Shown one piece after another: positions 61,939-64,000 of a stretch of 64,000 nt of DNA; the first letter of the stretch is position 1, and each line of letters begins with the position of its first letter. Source of the DNA: Prolixibacteraceae bacterium (GTDB lineage: Bacteria > Bacteroidota > Bacteroidia > Bacteroidales > Prolixibacteraceae); the NCBI GenBank assembly GCA_034003625.1, contig JAVEYG010000015.1, positions 22,726 through 86,725 on the forward strand, given 5' to 3'. The notes beneath the pieces are model-generated. The model was given only the letters and a program-made list of their open reading frames with translations. It had not been told where the DNA came from and searched no databases. The translations under genes and the position numbers were made by a program.

Positions 61939-63120
61939 TTGACGATTATGAAACAAGTTATATCAGAGGGATGCAAAGTCCCGATAAAAATGTGGTTAAG
62001 CGATGTTGAAGAGAATGCGTTGGCTCAGGCCCGAAACCTGGCCAACCTTCCTTTCGTTTTTAAACATGTAGCTTTAATGCCCGACTGCCACTCCGGGTAC
62101 GGAATGCCTATTGGCGGGGTTATTGCTACGAGAGGAGTGATAATTCCCAATGCGGTTGGCGTTGATATTGGTTGCGGCATGTGTGCGGTGAAAACATCGC
62201 TCAACGAAATACAAACCGACGGGATCAAGAAAATCATGTCGGGTATCCGGGAGTTGATACCACTTGGATTTGACCATCACAAAGAAGCTCAGGATGAACA
62301 TTTGATGCCTTTGCTGGATAAAGTCCCTGAAAATGGAATTGTTCGTCGCCAATATACCGCAGCTAAAAAGCAGATTGGCACGCTGGGCGGTGGTAATCAT
62401 TTTATTGAAATACAGAAAGGGTCCGATAAGCATATCTGGATAATGATCCATTCAGGAAGCCGGAATATCGGGCTGAAAGTTGCCGAACACTATAACAAAC
62501 AGGCGATTCTGCTTAATGAGCGCTGGCATTCGTCGGTTGATAAAAAACAGGATTTGGCATTCCTGCCTATCGAAACTCAGGAAGCGAAAGACTATTTTGC
62601 CGAAATGCAATATTGTGTCGATTTTGCTTTTGCCAACCGGTTACTGATGATGGAGCGAATTAAATCAGTGTTTTTCGAGGTAATCGGCGAAAACTTCTCT
62701 GCCGTTGAGTTTATCAATATTGCCCATAACTATGCCAGATGGGAATCACATTTCGGGACAAATGTCATTGTTCACCGGAAAGGGGCAACCAGCGCCCGCG
62801 AAGGTGAGATTGGCATTATTCCAGGCTCCCAGGGAACGAAAAGCTACATCGTTCGGGGAAAAGGAAATGTTGAAAGTTTTGAGAGCTGCTCACACGGTGC
62901 TGGCCGACTTTTGGGACGGAAACAGGCGCAACGAGAATTGGTACTGGAAGAAGAAATCAAAAAGCTCAACAATCAGGGCATTGTTCACTCCATCCGAAAT
63001 ACCAAAGACCTAGACGAGGCTCCCGGTGCATATAAAAACATTGATGTGGTTATGGAAAATCAATCTGATCTGGTTGACATTTTAGTTGAACTGGCCCCAT
63101 TGGCTGTGATAAAAGGATAA
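61939..63120 (+). CDS. rtcB: RNA 3'-phosphate/2',3'-cyclic phosphate ligase RtcB
   Basis: MPDCHSGYGMPIGGV, GCGM, GGGNHFIE, HSGSRNIG, AHNYA, HRKGAT, PGSQGTKSY and SCSHGAGR. The full set of RtcB metal and GMP-His motifs is present. Confidence 0.9.
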   Translation: MTIMKQVISEGCKVPIKMWLSDVEENALAQARNLANLPFVFKHVALMPDCHSGYGMPIGGVIATRGVIIPNAVGVDIGCGMCAVKTSLNEIQTDGIKKIMSGIRELIPLGFDHHKEAQDEHLMPLLDKVPENGIVRRQYTAAKKQIGTLGGGNHFIEIQKGSDKHIWIMIHSGSRNIGLKVAEHYNKQAILLNERWHSSVDKKQDLAFLPIETQEAKDYFAEMQYCVDFAFANRLLMMERIKSVFFEVIGENFSAVEFINIAHNYARWESHFGTNVIVHRKGATSAREGEIGIIPGSQGTKSYIVRGKGNVESFESCSHGAGRLLGRKQAQRELVLEEEIKKLNNQGIVHSIRNTKDLDEAPGAYKNIDVVMENQSDLVDILVELAPLAVIKG

Positions 63121-63134
63121 GTTAACGACTAAAA

Positions 63135-63160
63135 AATAGGGAGGCAATGCCTCCCTATTT
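63135..63160. terminator. Bidirectional terminator after rtcB
   Basis: AATAGGGAGGC-aat-GCCTCCCTATT followed by TT. Confidence 0.7.
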
Positions 63161-63520
63161 TCAGAATTTGATCTGATCTTCAACTTCTTTGATCTTTTCA
63201 TCCAAAGTGGATTTGATCTCATCCATCACAGCTGATACAACAGGTGTATTGGAAGTTTTAAACTCCTTACCTGAAGCATCCCGAAGGAATACAGTAGCAC
63301 CCATCCCGTCAGTACCCAACGAAAAGGTCTGAAGGTTTCTGCGGGTGTCGGTCAGCTTGCGCCACTTTTCAATGAGCATGCTCAAATCTTCAACCTTCTG
63401 GATGCGCTTTTCCAATGAAGGAATTTCAACAACTGCTTTTTCATCTTTCTTTACTACTTCCAAAGAAGCTTTCGGTTGTTCGGCACCTTCTGAATCAAGT
63501 TTTTTAGCTGCATTATTCAT
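63161..63520 (-). CDS. Hypothetical coiled-coil protein
   Basis: 119-aa charged ORF convergent with rtcB. No motif recognised. Confidence 0.45.
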   Translation of the reverse strand: MNNAAKKLDSEGAEQPKASLEVVKKDEKAVVEIPSLEKRIQKVEDLSMLIEKWRKLTDTRRNLQTFSLGTDGMGATVFLRDASGKEFKTSNTPVVSAVMDEIKSTLDEKIKEVEDQIKF

Positions 63521-63815
63521 TGTTATTTACTGCTGCCTTGCAGATTTATTTTGGCATCAGGCTCGCCGGTTAAAATTTCGGCGTAACCGACATTGAGCTG
63601 TCCCGGATAAGGTCAACGGGGTGCATGTCAGTTTCATACCAAAGATGGGCAACCCATGAAACTGAACGCATCTGAAAGACGGTTGCTTTTCTGTTTTTAA
63701 AAGCAACCGCCCCTTTACCGTTCCGGGAAGCGATCAATAACTTTGCTGCAATTTTAAATGGAGTGGTTTTACCTTTCAAAATACTTGAAACGAACAAAAA
63801 GGGGCATTCCTGCCC

Positions 63816-63998
63816 CTAGAATTCAAACATCAACTGCTGAGTTACTTTTGGTGCCGGTGTTTGTTGGACAACGAGTTCCTGTTTCTTTTCCGGTAATCTT
63901 AAAACCATATAGCTTTCAGATTCTGATATTTCCCTGATGTACGGAACTCCATGTTCCGGATGAAGTTCAATTCTCCATCCGGCGTAAAAGCGGTTCAT
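63816..63998 (-). CDS. Hypothetical small protein (may extend beyond the window)
   Basis: 60-aa ORF at the window edge. A hairpin AGGGGCA-ttcc-TGCCCCT (63800-63817) plus a T-run on the minus strand overlaps its stop. Confidence 0.35.
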   Translation of the reverse strand: MNRFYAGWRIELHPEHGVPYIREISESESYMVLRLPEKKQELVVQQTPAPKVTQQLMFEF

Positions 63999-64000
63999 CA

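Noticed and set aside
63570-63797. 75-aa minus-strand ORF between two small hypothetical genes
   Set aside because: Its start would sit inside the terminator hairpin of the upstream gene (63800-63817), and the translation is unremarkable. There is insufficient support to call it.

Overview
Hand analysis only; no homology searches were run. All family calls rest on motifs I could read in the translations. The window looks like a Bacteroidota-type chromosome segment. That is an inference from the protein families and a TAnnTTTG-like -7 promoter box. It falls into four blocks.

(1) 1-9.8 kb is a type III-B (Cmr) CRISPR-Cas locus. It holds the 3' end of a probable cas10/cmr2, then cmr3-cmr4-cmr5-cmr6, one unknown co-transcribed gene, cas6, an orphan cas2, a leader and a 10-repeat CRISPR array. 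No cas1 is present. The locus is heavily invaded by repeats: a 21.5-bp periodic CATCGG array, a 67-bp x11 REP array with a RAYT (TnpA-REP) gene, and a 356-bp tandem repeat on both sides of cas2-CRISPR that truncates the last CRISPR repeat.

(2) 9.9-14.8 kb carries envelope and housekeeping-like genes.

(3) 15.1-51.3 kb is a ~36-kb block bracketed by a ~73-nt direct repeat. It contains a ~29.6-kb minus-strand operon: an OM beta-barrel gene, a 3-module NRPS with a starter C domain, a 4-module NRPS with an embedded AT-less KS-DH-KR-ACP module and terminal TE, a type II thioesterase and an Sfp-type PPTase. It also contains a plus-strand operon: a SyrD-like ABC exporter, an SPFH protein, a stand-alone SBP-like protein and a stand-alone Cache protein.

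(4) 51.3-64 kb is an accessory island. It has an AT-rich spacer with TGAGCCGAAT boxes, three orphan genes and two convergent HipBA modules. A WYL-domain regulator is divergent from a ~690-nt structured leader, which is followed by an SPFH/slipin gene and the RNA ligase RtcB.

The most unusual signal is in that leader: a circularly permuted tRNA-like (YrlA/Y-RNA-like) module, with no Ro/Rsr, RtcA or RtcR gene nearby.
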